Below, piece by piece: positions 13,601-25,649 of a stretch of DNA of 64,000 bases. Every line of letters begins with the position of its first letter. The first letter of the stretch is position 1. The notes beneath the pieces were generated by a model, which ran no database searches, was not told the DNA's origin, and saw only the letters and a program-made list of their open reading frames with translations. A program made the translations under genes and the position numbers. Source of the DNA: Tubiluchus corallicola (lineage: Eukaryota > Animalia > Priapulida); assembly GCA_030141605.1 (NCBI GenBank), contig JAQGDQ010000054.1, positions 682,001-746,000 of the forward strand. The letters run 5' to 3'.

Positions 13601-16600
13601 ATTTGTTTTTATCGCTATTGTATCAACATTATTCCAGGAATATCGTTATCGTATAGAAGATGGCACGTATCGTTGGTTATTGCTTACTTTTATAAAATTG
13701 CTTCACTTTTATTTTCTATTTATTTACAGTAATTACGCGAAGAAGTGGATAAACAGAATTATCAAAAATTATAAGTTTTTCAGACATGGAATAATTTCCT
13801 TGTACTTTTGCCTGGCAATAACAGCTATCTTCAATCTGAATCACACTGACAAAATATAGAGACCCTTTTATACACTTTCATACTGACGTGCTGATGTCAA
13901 AAGTAGTGTACCATATTTTTATTGTCACCTTCCCGGTCATATGCAGCTCACATAGATAAATATTTTTATCACAATAATATATTTATCTGTCGCAGCTTAT
14001 TTATTATGACATTATGAATCGTTATGACAAGCAAACTTATGTTTTTGTATCTAGCATGCATTTAAGTATACAGTACTAACTTTAATTGTTAATAATACTT
14101 TTTCTGTTGTTGCATAATTTGTCCAATTTCAATATCGTTTTTATCATTTGAAATAATTTATCTTATCGTATTGTATCGTCTAAAAACATGTTATCGTTAT
14201 TATATCGTTGGAAGAAAGTATCATCTCATATCATTATCGTATCGCCAAATTTATATCGTTTAACATCCCTAGCCAGTGCTTTTGTAAAAATTCTGTAATT
14301 TTTGTTTACTATGAATAAGTGCATACATAATTGGATTAAACAGGTGGAACTACCATTTGCTGAGGCTATTATTTGGTAACATGTGCCACTATACGAAAAG
14401 GACGCTAATGTTTTTACCGTGTTTTTACAGTATTGCTTGCAATCATATTTATTTAGTGATATCTCATCTAGACACACAAATGTTCCGATGTAAATGGTTG
14501 CATTTTTCATTTAACAACATCATATTAGTTCCTTAGTGTCTCAACAGGATTGGAGAGTTCTAAAAGGAGTTTTCTGGGACAATACTTCAACATTGTAACC
14601 CATGTGCACTCTTACCTTCTAAAATTATGCGGGTGATTACTTTTCTATGAATTTTCATTGCATGTAGCGAGCAAAGAAGATGGAGTTGGGAGACATGGTC
14701 ATACTTGATTTGGACACAAATGAACTACAAACTGAATATGATGATGTAGAAGCCATGCCAAGTGAAGTGGTAAGCAGAGTTCAATGTAGGGTGAGCAACT
14801 GAGTGGTCCTGCATGTAGGCTTCCTGGCCAAAGTTAAGTAATGCCAAGACTGGCCAGTAAATGAATGAGTGACCACCCTTGATATTCTTTGTGGGTGGTT
14901 TCAGTCGCTCTACTGATTCTGGATGCTTACCTGGTAGAGTGAGACTGCATATATAAATAACCAAACATACCTAAGTCACCTGTGTTGATTTAGTAGCTTA
15001 TCTTGGAGGTTTAGCCTTGATAATAAACGAGGCTTCTATCTGATCAGTCATCATGAAAGTTGGATGCCAATGTTTGAGTATATGTTTGAGACAGTATATG
15101 ATTACAAAGAGTAGCAGTAACAATAATTTCTGCCACAGTGACGCAAACTTATTGTACTTGTCTCTCTAGTATTATGATTGAGACAGTATATGATTTTTTT
15201 TACTCTGGAGATTGCTGCATTGGGTAATTTCAGAACTTGTTTATCAGCTAGATTCCACTCACTCTGCAACTATTTAAAGTTAGTGAATGGCCCTACCATT
15301 GCCTATTGAACATCGTCTTACTGTATAAATAAAGGGAAGCCAAACGTGTTGTACAACCAAATCTGTCCAATTATATATAAAAATAAACATTGTTTTGGTA
15401 CAATTAGTGTGAGTTTTCTGGTGCATATAGTCATATAAAGTGGCTCTCTTTCAGTTGTTGGTAATCTTTTTTGTTAGCATTTATAAGTTGACAATAATAA
15501 TTTAACGATAATTTGTGTAGGTTTCGGTTTTGAAAAAACGACTAAAAAATCCCAATACTAGTTTAGGAGATGGGTTGGCAAGAGCATTTCTGCATGCTTT
15601 AGTTATGCTTATTGGTGGTGAGTACCATTTCTTGTTTCTATGGAATTTTGTGATATGATTCCGTAAACTAATCTGATTTATAAGCTTTTTGAATTTCGGA
15701 ATGAAAATCATGATGGAAACTTTGTAAGAGAAGCTTTTCTTACAATGTGCATTAGCCGAGCACAAGTGAGTAATCCTAGAAACAAAATAGCCTGGCACGC
15801 ACATAGTAGCCTATTATGTGCACACCACCATGGTTGAATCAGGAAGCAAGCTGTCAACAAGAAAAACAATGTGAGCTAGTACTAGACAATCCATTCTTGA
15901 AAACCAGACATTTTTCAAATTTTTCCTCAAAAATCATGAAAGAATGCTTAAATTAGCTTTAGCTTTAGAAATTCAGGTTTTACAGGTTTTTAGCATGTTT
16001 GTTTATTTAACAGACGTGCCTCCTTGGATGTTTAGTCCAAGAGTATGTGATTGAAGAATTCTGTATTTTTCAATGTTTCCTTATCAAAATGGGCTTACAA
16101 GTATTAGCTTCTGACTATTCTCCATCACAAGTAAAAATATCTCTATAACTGTACTACATACTTTTAACAGAATACAATTTTTTTTATTTTAGGTTACTAT
16201 CTATACAAGCAGTCAGGTGCTTGTTATTTTATTTATTTTTATTTTTTGTGTGCAATAAACTATTGTAGCCATGCAATTTTTATTTATTAGAAATTGTCTC
16301 AAAGTATGAACGATAATAAGTGATTATAATATCTGAATATTTTACAAATTGTTGTCTCCTGGAGTTAACCTTGAAGAACCCTATATCTTTTAAACAATAG
16401 TGTATGTTAACCAGTCAGGTATGTAGGATATAAATGATTGGGTATGTAATGTAGCCAGTATGTCTTGGATGCATTTTCGTAAAGCTTCGTGTAACTGATT
16501 TATTTTTACAATGTAGGTTACAGAGATGCACTTCGCTTTGTCCCAGGTCAAAAGATAACATTTGACAGAGACGCTTTTCTTCAGTCACGTCCTGTTTATT

Positions 16601-19600
16601 TGCAAGAATTTTTGAAAAGCATTCTTCAGTTGCAAATTTTCCAACAGGTATGATGCATAACACGAATTATGGGCATATGACGTGATGTATTAAGTTGTTA
16701 TAAATCAAAAACCAGTGAAAGGGGAGTTAGGAAATAATTCTCCCCTCCCCACTATTAGGCAGTATTATGTATATTAGGGCCAGTACCTTCTTCTTGTTGT
16801 ATGAAAGAAACTGATATGAATAGATAAAAGCTTCCAAAATAGTCAGAAAGAGCATTTAATTTTGTATAAAGAACACTTATCTTAATATTTAGTATTGCCT
16901 TTATTCACAGCTCCAAGGACCGTAAATAGAAGCGTATGATCGATGTTGGTTTCTCACCGAGAATGGTGTCATGACTCTTTTATTTAAGAACTTCATTGAT
17001 TTTTAATTTTTGACAATAAGGAGTAGAAATAATTTTAAAAAACTTGTTAAAAAAGAAATATATCATGATTAAAATATTGAAAATCACACTTCTATTTACT
17101 TGTGATTGCACATATGTATAGCAAGGCTCTCATTTTCTGAGTCACTATACCAAAATATGTTTAATTTCATGAGAGCATATTTGTAGATGTTATTTTTTTA
17201 TTACTAGGTTTTAACTTTTTTCATTTTGTAACCGTCTGTATTATCATAATCAACTGTGGCATTGTCAAGATGTCCGAAGCAGAATAGTGAGTTAAAGCAT
17301 GCTGGATCCCTCCTAAATGAAATGTGGGAAATGTGCAGAAAAGTAAGGTTATCCCAAGATATTAGTAATGAAGCTGTCAAGATTTTATTAACCAACAAAA
17401 AAGTGTTTAGCAGATTCGCATTTAAATTATACTGGTTGTCAGCACTCTCACATTTCTGAAATGTTAGAGGAATAAACAAAAAGACGATGAAGATAAGAAA
17501 ATGACAGATACATACATTGTCACAATGACTGCACTTCTAGCTAGTAATTTTGCATTTCAGATTTAGAGGTTTCCCACTGGCTGCTCATAGTGATACCTGT
17601 GTGTCTTAAGCTTATACTGCAGGCATTGTAAAACTCGAAATCGAGTTTTTTGTTAGTCATTAAAAGTTATTAATATAACTTTTGTAGTTTGTTGATGAAC
17701 GGTTGAACATGCTGAACTCAGGAGAAGGCTTTAGTGATGAATTTGAATATGAAAACAACATGTATGGAGACAAGGCTTTCAATAATAAATTAAAAAGCCA
17801 GTACAAGGAGTGGACATCAAACATGCGGGTAACATTTACGTCATGGCACATTTTGTTTACAGTATTCAATTTCTGTGAGCTGTGTTGCAACTTAGTATCC
17901 TTTGTGTTGTTTCGTTTTTGTCTTAAAATGTAACTGAATTAACGTCAGTGAAACGAAAGATACGAAATTGACTGTTAGCAATTTTTAATGACAATATGGC
18001 ACAAGGGCACCATCACTTAGCTGGTATTTTAATGAAACAGACACTTAGTTTCGTTTCGTCAAATCTGCATTACTGCGCTTTTAATAGGTTTTAATATATT
18101 CTGATGTATATTGCACCTTATATTTGAACTTCAACCGTGTGGATTCTGATAGTACTCCTTTGAGTAAATGGAAGGATACTGTAGTGCCATTCAGAATTGT
18201 AGTTTTTGCCTTATTTTGAGTAAACATCACAGGAGCATCATCTGGCCAAATAAATTAGTGGTGACGGTGGTGATTTGTTTCCAAATTTTTCTTCATATCC
18301 ATCTATGGCTCAATCATTTGACAATCAGTCAACCAATAATCATTGCAAATGTAGCAAAACAAATTTGTGAAAACTTAAGAACTGTAGTTTGCTTGATTTC
18401 AAAGTTATCTTAACAGACTGTCTTTTTGTAGTTGCACATTATGTGTGGGTCTCTGTTTTTTTATTCTAAAATGTTCTGTTACAGAAAGAAGGTGGTGCTC
18501 TGTTGAAAAGTGTAAAAAACAAGGTATGTTTTTTCTATTATTGATCAGAGTATATTGTAAATTGTTGATAAAACAATTGAGAATCATTCACTTTTTGCTA
18601 ATTTTTGCCTATAAAACAGAATTATTAAGTCTACCTTTTAATTTCATCCAGTTTTTGTAATTGTTGCCAGGAAGATAGTCAGCAATGGATTTTAGAAGGA
18701 AGCAGACTTTGAAAAGTCGTGAATCAAGCCAGATTCGAACCTTGTGGTTTCTGGCCATATACTGTTTGAGCTATCAACTCACATAAATATGTTGGACTTT
18801 TACCATGTTTTCTCACAAGAATGCAATCTAAATATCATTTTAATAAATTTTAATACTCTACTGATTGTGAACATATGAAAATGTGTAATGCTTTGTTGTT
18901 AATAGGTTATGTTGATGTTTGCAATGACTTACTGTAAATAGATGTAAACGATGGCAAGTGCCTTTTACCTATTTTACTTATTGTTTAAGGTAAAAGACAG
19001 AAGCAGAAAAACATACAAAGATTTCCGCACAAAGTTTTATGATATGCAGTCTCCAAAGGTACTCTATAATATATAATAAGTATTACTTGATGTTTCAAAT
19101 CTTATAAGATACATGCAGTATAAATTTCTTGGCTACTAGAAACGTTGTAATGAAACACAGCCTTATGAGCATTAATTATTAGCATTTTGTAATGCCTGTT
19201 TTTTGAAAGTTAAAAGCAAACAATTCTGACCACTGCATTTACATGTAGTATAAGTTTTTTGCTTCTAGAAATTTAATGATTTAAGCAATCAAAAGTACCT
19301 TATAATAAGTGTTTATTTCTGTAGCAAAGTTTGTTTGTTTTAAAGCTAAAAATAAACCATTCTGGTGATTGATTATTCTTGTGGGGCAACAATTATATTT
19401 GAATGCTTTAGAATCGAAATTTTCACATTTCTCTGTAAGCATTTGCTTTTTTTCTCGCCAAAGCGAAATCAAAGAAAAGACCTGTTCACAGATTTGATTA
19501 AAGTGATGCAGTTTGCTCACATTCTTCTGGACTATAGAGCCTGGCTATAAGATAGGATGTCATCTGCTTTTGTATAGTTTTGTATGAGCAGTCGACACTG

Positions 19601-22389
19601 AATGAGTCTTAATAAATTAATACCAATGCACACAAGAATATCATGTTTTAGTTAAAGTTTTGCATTTGAATTCAAAATGTTTATGCATGCAGTTAGCATT
19701 GCAAAAATTTCATAGTTTACAATGTAACAAGTTCTTTTCCTGTGTAAGTTAGTTTTTGCATATTTGATTGGTGGCTAGGTTGATGATGATTTATCGAGAA
19801 ATCTTCCAACTCTGTCGGACGAAACCAGAAGTTCCAGTGCACCAAATAGTCCCACAGAACATCGAAAAAGTTTAGGTCGTGCTACAGTCTTGGTGAGTTT
19901 TACATACTTTCTCACTGTTTTTCAATGATAATTGCTATCATAATGTTTATTTATAATGATGAAGTATTCTAAATGTACAATGTTGTTGGCATGTCCACCA
20001 AAGTATGATAGGCTACACCCTCTTGCACAAGGATAAAATATGCTAGCCTTAGATCTGATTTTTTGCCGTTTTTAATTATAGCTACCTGCATGTATCAAGG
20101 CTTTGTGATAAACACTTTTTAAGTTATTATATTAGTGTTAAAAGTATTGCATTGCATTGCATTACGAATGACATAATTTTATTATAGTAAATAATTCCTT
20201 TAATTGTATTATGTTGATGTTATAAATGTGTAATTAGTATTTTCTCATATATTTATTAATTGTTTTTCTTGACTCCATTTCCGCTGATGAATATCTGTGT
20301 TTTCAGGAAAGAAGTGGCGGTCGTGTGTCTCCATTTAGTGTAACCCTGCGGCCTCGTACAGTAGGGCATGGAAAGAAGGATGAACTGCTGTGCAGAAATG
20401 AAAAGTTAGTGCAACTTTAGTTGAACCTTAATTATTATGTTTTCTTGATTGAGACATTTTTAAAAATTGAATAAGTCTATATAGATTATAAATGTAAAGT
20501 CACTGTCTCCATTTTCTGCTTTTTTGAGGTGCCCTTCCCCTTTCTGCTTCTCTTCTCTTTCTCTCTCTCTCTTGTCTCTCGCTTCTCTCTTTTTCTTCTC
20601 TACACCCCAGGGATTATAACACCTTTTTGATGATTAATAAAATAAATTATATATTATATGAACAAAAGTTAATGTGTTTGAGAATATTGCATAATAATAA
20701 ATTACGCAATATCAAAAAGTACCACATTGTTTTCATTGGCAGTGCTGTAAATTACTGCAAATTTTTTCATGCTGTTTATCAGAGTAAATGTTTAATGGTC
20801 TTTGTGATACTTATTGCAATTAATCACAAAAACTAAAAACAATTTATCACATTTTAGATCAAAGAGATACAGTATTATAGATGTAGATGGTTTCCAATCA
20901 CCAGACGATGAGCTGTGTTATAAACCTGTGAATATGAATCTAATGGCAGATTTAGAAGCAGTTATGTATCCTGGTGGACAAAAAGATACTAATCAGGTTA
21001 TTTTTTAATTCAACTTTTACGAGCATTGAAAAAGCTTGGTGTTAATTGGATTTCAGTCACTTTTCAGTTTCAGCTTTCATGTGTAATGTTAAACTTGAAA
21101 GATGCGTAAAATATATCAGACTGATTTATCGACCTTATCGATATAAGTTTGCTCAAATTGGTTTTCTCTAAAGGGACATTTGACTTGGTGTTTTCAGAAT
21201 AACTCGACGTTAACGTTATGTAATAACCTTGTGGAAAACATGGTTTACTTGAAATCTATATCACTTTGCTTTGTTTCTTTTACAAGGCATGTAAGTACTT
21301 GGGAGATATATGTTAGTATCACTCGGCTAAAACATGTCAATTTTTGTTTATCAGGAAACAACGACTGGAGCATCAGAGAATGATTCAGTTTACAGCAGTG
21401 CATCAAGCAGTAACCCTACTCCTCCAAGTCGCCAGAAATCACGTAGTAAGCGTAGTCCTATTGTGCTGAGTAATGCAGAGATGCTGCAGCTGGAAAAAGT
21501 CATCGACCAACCAGCTTCACCTATACACAAATCTTTTTCATCAGATGTGCCATTAATTAAGCTAGACTCTCAAGAATCACCTGTGATAGAATCATTTGAC
21601 CCATTGAATACTTCGACTGATGTGCATTCTCAGTTACATTATCAGCATGAAGACTCATTTTCAGCGTGTTTACCGCATAATACTGCAAAGGGGGAGCATT
21701 CTGTAAAGCATTCCACCTCAACACCTGTGAAATATACCTTTTCAAAATCACAGCAAGAAAAATCTGCATTGGGAGATACATTTTTGCCTCCACCTCCTTG
21801 TTCTCCATCAAAAGCGATGATGGAATCCAAGGTCAAGCAAACCGATGAGGTAAATACAGTCAGCACTGGTGACTCATTAATAGATTTAGCGTGTGATGAT
21901 CGCAGTTTTGACATTTTTGATCCTCTTGCAATGCAGTCCACTGCACTATCTGCCCCATGCACACCTCAACATCGTGTTCATAAAGTGGCAAATCGGTCTC
22001 TACCTGCATTCACTCACTCTGTCAGCAACACTCCGAAGAAATCTACAAGCTTTCTTCATTCAGGTAGCACTCAATACGCATCAGACGATGTCAAAATTTC
22101 TGCATTTCAGACAGACATTCAATGCAGCAGTCAATCAAACATGAACCAAATGCAAAGTGATGCCTTTGGATTTGGAAACTCCCAGCAAAAGGCTTCAACA
22201 TTTAGTTCACATGTCCCTGGACAGACTCCGCGTTCCAGTGGATTATTTAAAATTGTGCAAATGCAACCAGTTAATCCGTATAACCCCTTTTCACCAGCCA
22301 GCACCTCTAGTAATTTCAACAACTCAATGGAAAGAACAAATATTGAAGAATTACAAGAGAAAAAAGCTAACTGGGAAAAGTTTGAATAG
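4678..22389 (+). CDS. DENND1: DENN domain protein 1 (connecdenn / RME-4 ortholog, Rab35 GEF), 22 coding exons, ~907 aa
   Basis: Hand-spliced, all GT-AG, phases consistent: 4678-4694, 6109-6170, 6334-6377, 6672-6721, 9852-9959, 10836-10905, 11077-11172, 11515-11568, 12255-12316, 12761-12859, 13073-13123, 13341-13386, 14668-14769, 15521-15617, 16517-16647, 17688-17828, 18485-18523, 18990-19058, 19779-19892, 20307-20404, 20858-20996, 21355-22389 (2724 nt). Translation MGSRVRENPDKIFEVFLEVA...KFAFP...FGFCR...SFLPWFDFFFKLLN...LPSIPENRNVMEYF...SMLNERRI...LLYPMHWQHIFIPVLP...APMPLIIG...LNSGEGFSDEFE...WEKFE* matches DENND1A/B (uDENN-cDENN-dDENN, FxDxF, terminal WxxF-acidic). Exons 17-21 (low-complexity linker) are less certain. 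Confidence 0.95.
7493..7719. repeat. Long imperfect inverted repeat (foldback) in DENND1 intron 4
   Basis: gaaca..tgtttcataaa / tttatgaaaca..tgttc; actgcacactagc..cttcag / ctgaag..gttagtgtgcagt. Confidence 0.75.
8628..9539 (+). mobile_element. Internally deleted pogo/Tigger DNA transposon (912 bp)
   Basis: Perfect 23-bp TIRs CAGTCTAGCCTCGTTATCTCGCC, TA target duplication on both sides, subterminal CTCG..CGCC repeats; ORF 9039-9311 encodes a CENP-B-type N-terminal HTH. Confidence 0.92.
11881..11950 (-). mobile_element. SINE head fragment (tRNA A-box-like + 5S-like segment)
   Basis: Reverse complement tagctgagtggt...aagttgagcaacgctaaggctggttagtaaatgagtag; related to 14797-14890. Confidence 0.4.
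13525..14271. mobile_element. hAT-like MITE in DENND1 intron 12
   Basis: TIRs TAGGGATGTTAA(A)CGATA, with dense TATCG/CGATA subterminal repeats at both ends; 8-bp TSD not recognisable. Confidence 0.7.
14797..14890 (+). mobile_element. SINE head fragment with 5S rRNA internal-promoter-like segment
   Basis: ctgagtggt...aagttaagtaatgccaagactggccagtaaatgaatgagtgaccacc resembles the 5S A-box to C-box region; degenerate. Confidence 0.4.
21355..22389 (+). CDS. DENND1: DENND1 terminal coding exon: disordered tail with endocytic adaptor motifs
   Basis: Acceptor tttgtttatcag ends at 21354; open frame to TAG at 22389; contains LIKLD and LIDL (clathrin-box-like), two FDPL, NPY/NPF and terminal WEKFE. 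Confidence 0.9.
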   Translation, partial: ETTTGASENDSVYSSASSSNPTPPSRQKSRSKRSPIVLSNAEMLQLEKVIDQPASPIHKSFSSDVPLIKLDSQESPVIESFDPLNTSTDVHSQLHYQHEDSFSACLPHNTAKGEHSVKHSTSTPVKYTFSKSQQEKSALGDTFLPPPPCSPSKAMMESKVKQTDEVNTVSTGDSLIDLACDDRSFDIFDPLAMQSTALSAPCTPQHRVHKVANRSLPAFTHSVSNTPKKSTSFLHSGSTQYASDDVKISAFQTDIQCSSQSNMNQMQSDAFGFGNSQQKASTFSSHVPGQTPRSSGLFKIVQMQPVNPYNPFSPASTSSNFNNSMERTNIEELQEKKANWEKFE

Positions 22390-22593
22390 GTACTAATGTG
22401 ACAGCCTTTTTTAAATTCTTCAATATTTTGCATACATAATTGCCATTGTTAATTATCCAATGGTCTTAATATTGTAAATAGTGCGATTGATTGTGACTAG
22501 TCACCATCACAAAAATGTCTTTTTGTAAATACTTTTTGAAAGAAGGTTCCTTGTCAAGGCCAGCTGAAGTGATTTGTAAAATGTCACCTTATA

Positions 22594-23330
22594 AAATAGG
22601 TGCCGCTTAATAGATTTACTTTGGGATGAAAGTGTTTTGACCTAATTAGCTGACTGAATCTAGTGGCCAACAGATGTAGTAGTACTAGTCTAGAAGTATG
22701 TGTCACTACTCTTCAGCTTAGTGTGAGTCATAAAACCTTCGAGAGCTTTAACTATCAGTTCTTTATGCTTTTGCGCTACTGTACTTCTCAGAATTAGCTC
22801 TATACTCTATGTTGTTTACAAATATTAGCAGATTACTGGCACTGTGCATGGGTGTCATAAAAACAACAATTAACTGATTAGATGTTCTGTGAGAAGCAAA
22901 GAGCTTCAAAAGGAAACTGCCAAGCATGTGACTAAAAGTTTAGCTTCCATAAATTATTGGTCAATGGGGTTAATTGTAACAGATGAGCAGGTAACACATT
23001 TTAAGAAAAACAGCTGTGGTAACATATTAGCACACGAAAAACATGCCTGTTTACGAGCAAGATGGTACTTGGCGTGATTGTGTCTACATATATTATAATG
23101 CACAAAAGCAAAGTAAGAATGACACGAACGTGTTAAAAGCTCTTTGATCATACACAAGTGTCTTATTTAAAGTAACTTAACGAAAAATATGAGTCAGTTA
23201 TGCAGAGCTATTTGAGTATATTGACGACAGTTTTTGTAAACGTTTGAATAGGAATGGCCGTACCGGATGTTTGTGAGTCAATCAGGTAACTGAGTTTATT
23301 AACTGTAAGTCAAATAAAAGGTATCCACTG
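22594..23330. mobile_element. Degenerate pogo/Tigger-type MITE in the DENND1 3' region
   Basis: Left end taggtgccgcttaatagatttactttgggatg and right end gagtcaatc...cactgTA are homologous to the ends of 35183-36155. Confidence 0.75.
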
Positions 23331-24204
23331 TAATTAAATAAGGGGGAGATGAAATAGTTTTTATTAATCGACATCTGTAAAAGAGCATCTACGTATAAAA
23401 TGATCACTATGCACTGTTTCTTCTAACATGTACTATATTCAAATGTCAAAGTGCAATAGAACTATAAGTGTAAATTATTCTGTAGCTTCAAGCATTTGTG
23501 TGATTAATGTTGCTTAATTGGTTCACTAAGTAAATTCCTAATCATTTGTTCGAAAATTCAAACTTGGTAATTTGCCACTTTACTTTAAAAAAAGCTACCT
23601 TGTTATTAAACTTTCGTAAGTTATAACAAATTAAATATAGCAATGATGCTGCAGTTCCAATATTTTTAATAATTCTTGTTTTGTAGCAGAGCTTTCTTAA
23701 TCTTTGGGTAGGTGAGCTTAATTGCATTGCAGTTGTACAGATGTCTAGTAATACCTTCGACGTGATTAGAGGTTATCAGATCATCTAACCATAAATTTTC
23801 AAAATTTACTGATTGAAGTTACTTAAGATATTTAAAGTAGAAGTTCTGAGCTTCTGCGAAAATGTGTACCTGTATCATGTAAAAAGGCAGCTTTACTTTT
23901 GTGGTTGTAACTGAAATTTATAGTAATGTTTGCTAAAATGGTTCTTTGTGACCTTGATTTGATTTGATTTGAGGAGTGTGAGGACATGTGGTATAATTAA
24001 TCCTCTATTGGCTATAAAGTGTGTCACTGTTTAATGACCTCATCGATTATGTCACCTTTATTATTAGTTTAATGCAGTATCACGTGTCTTCATCTTGTTA
24101 TGTATGTTAGATAAGAATTTGATAATGCTCAGGTAACCTTAGGTAATAGAACAGTTCTTTGGAAATTTAAGCTGTACAATAAGCAACAGTATCAAAGAGG
24201 AGAC

Positions 24205-24381
24205 GTAAAACTTCATCACTAGAACATTTATTGCCAGAATCAAAATTTTTTGGTAGCTTCTGCCATTATCAAATGTCTAAATTTTTTAAAAAGTTCTTTG
24301 AATTTTTGATAACTTGACAATAGCAGGAGTTGCCAAAACATAGTTATTCTGGAAATAAATGCATATGTGATGAAGTTTTAC
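24205..24381. repeat. 177-nt long hairpin / inverted repeat
   Basis: Perfect 15-bp outer arms gtaaaacttcatcac/gtgatgaagttttac, then tttattgccagaat/attctggaaataaa and ttttggtagcttctgccattatcaa/ttgacaatagcaggagttgccaaaa. Confidence 0.85.
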
Positions 24382-24709
24382 ATAATCTTTTTGATTCAGT
24401 TGTTCAGGTAGCTGTTTGCCATGTTGTGAATGATAAGAATCTCATTAGATTCTTGGTCAGTGTTTAGCTGTGTAATATATATGAAGACTTGCAACTTGCA
24501 TTAGTAGCAGTCAATTTATACATATAATATGTATAGTATTAGATGCTACTACAGAAATTAATTACAGTGTAAGATATGGAGGATAGCTCATCTTTACTGT
24601 ATTAACCAGCTCAATTAATTAATTAGCAGCAGTGAAACAGTTTCTTAATTACGTCCTTACAATCATGCTACAATAATATTAATTACGATATTTTAAGCGT
24701 TTTCTGATA

Positions 24710-24715
24710 AATAAA
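24710..24715 (+). terminator. Candidate DENND1 polyadenylation signal
   Basis: AATAAA followed by a U/GU-rich tract (ttttctgttgttattttt); alternative AATAAA at 23313 and 24354. Confidence 0.4.
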
Positions 24716-24880
24716 TACATAACTATAAAATTTTCTGTTGTTATTTTTTATTTGTAACCAAAGTACATTTGGAACTGGTGAATGGGGTATTTCATTAAAA
24801 TAAAGAAAAGAATATTTGTTGTACCACTTAAACACCAACTGAAACGATAATTGTTAAAGAATATTGGAATGATAAGCGTG

Positions 24881-24956
24881 ATATATATATATATACATAT
24901 ATATATATACATATACATATATATATATATATATGCATATGTATAATATATATATA
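24881..24956. repeat. (TA)n microsatellite, interrupted
   Basis: Direct reading. Confidence 0.9.
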
Positions 24957-25649
24957 GTTAACAGTTTTTCATTATTGTTGATTTTCCACAGTCAGTTCCA
25001 CTCAGTTCTGTTGTCTAAAAATTTATCAAGTGGAGCTGCATTAATGGTTATCGGATATTAAGAAACTTCAGTGTTGGGCGCCATGTATTGCACTAGCTAT
25101 GTAAGCTGGTAGACGTAGTGGTACTGTGACAGGCTTATACCACTGAAAACCTTCGAGGGCTCACGTATATGAACCTAAATGAACTCTGTGCTAGAAAACA
25201 CCACAATTAACCGAAAACACAAATACATAGTATACCAGAGAAGTGCCAGTTCTGATAGATATCGATTTGTTTTTTTCAACACTGAGATAGCACTGTGCAT
25301 GGTAGTCGTTTCCTAAAGAAGTAGTCAGATCTGCGTATCGTAAATACGTCTCAAGCCATGAAATATAAATTTGAGAAATATTTACGCACAAGAAACCTCT
25401 TAGTTTAAAGCCACTCGGTCTTTTTGGTAGGTTGAGCATGCTAACATATTAGCGCCAAGAACTACGTTGAATAAGACAGTTGTGAAGGATTTCACAACTC
25501 GATCATTGCTGAATAACTTGTCCATGCAAACCAACAACTGGATGCTTTTATGCTCTTTATTTTCGTTTTTCTGCTTTCCAATATTTTTTACTAATATGTC
25601 TTAAAAATAGACAAAACTACGTTCATTTCAATAACATGATATTCTAACT

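Noticed and set aside
21557-22433. Antisense and alternative-frame ORFs over the DENND1 last exon (likewise over DGCR8)
   Set aside because: Shadow ORFs of real coding sequence with no recognisable motifs.
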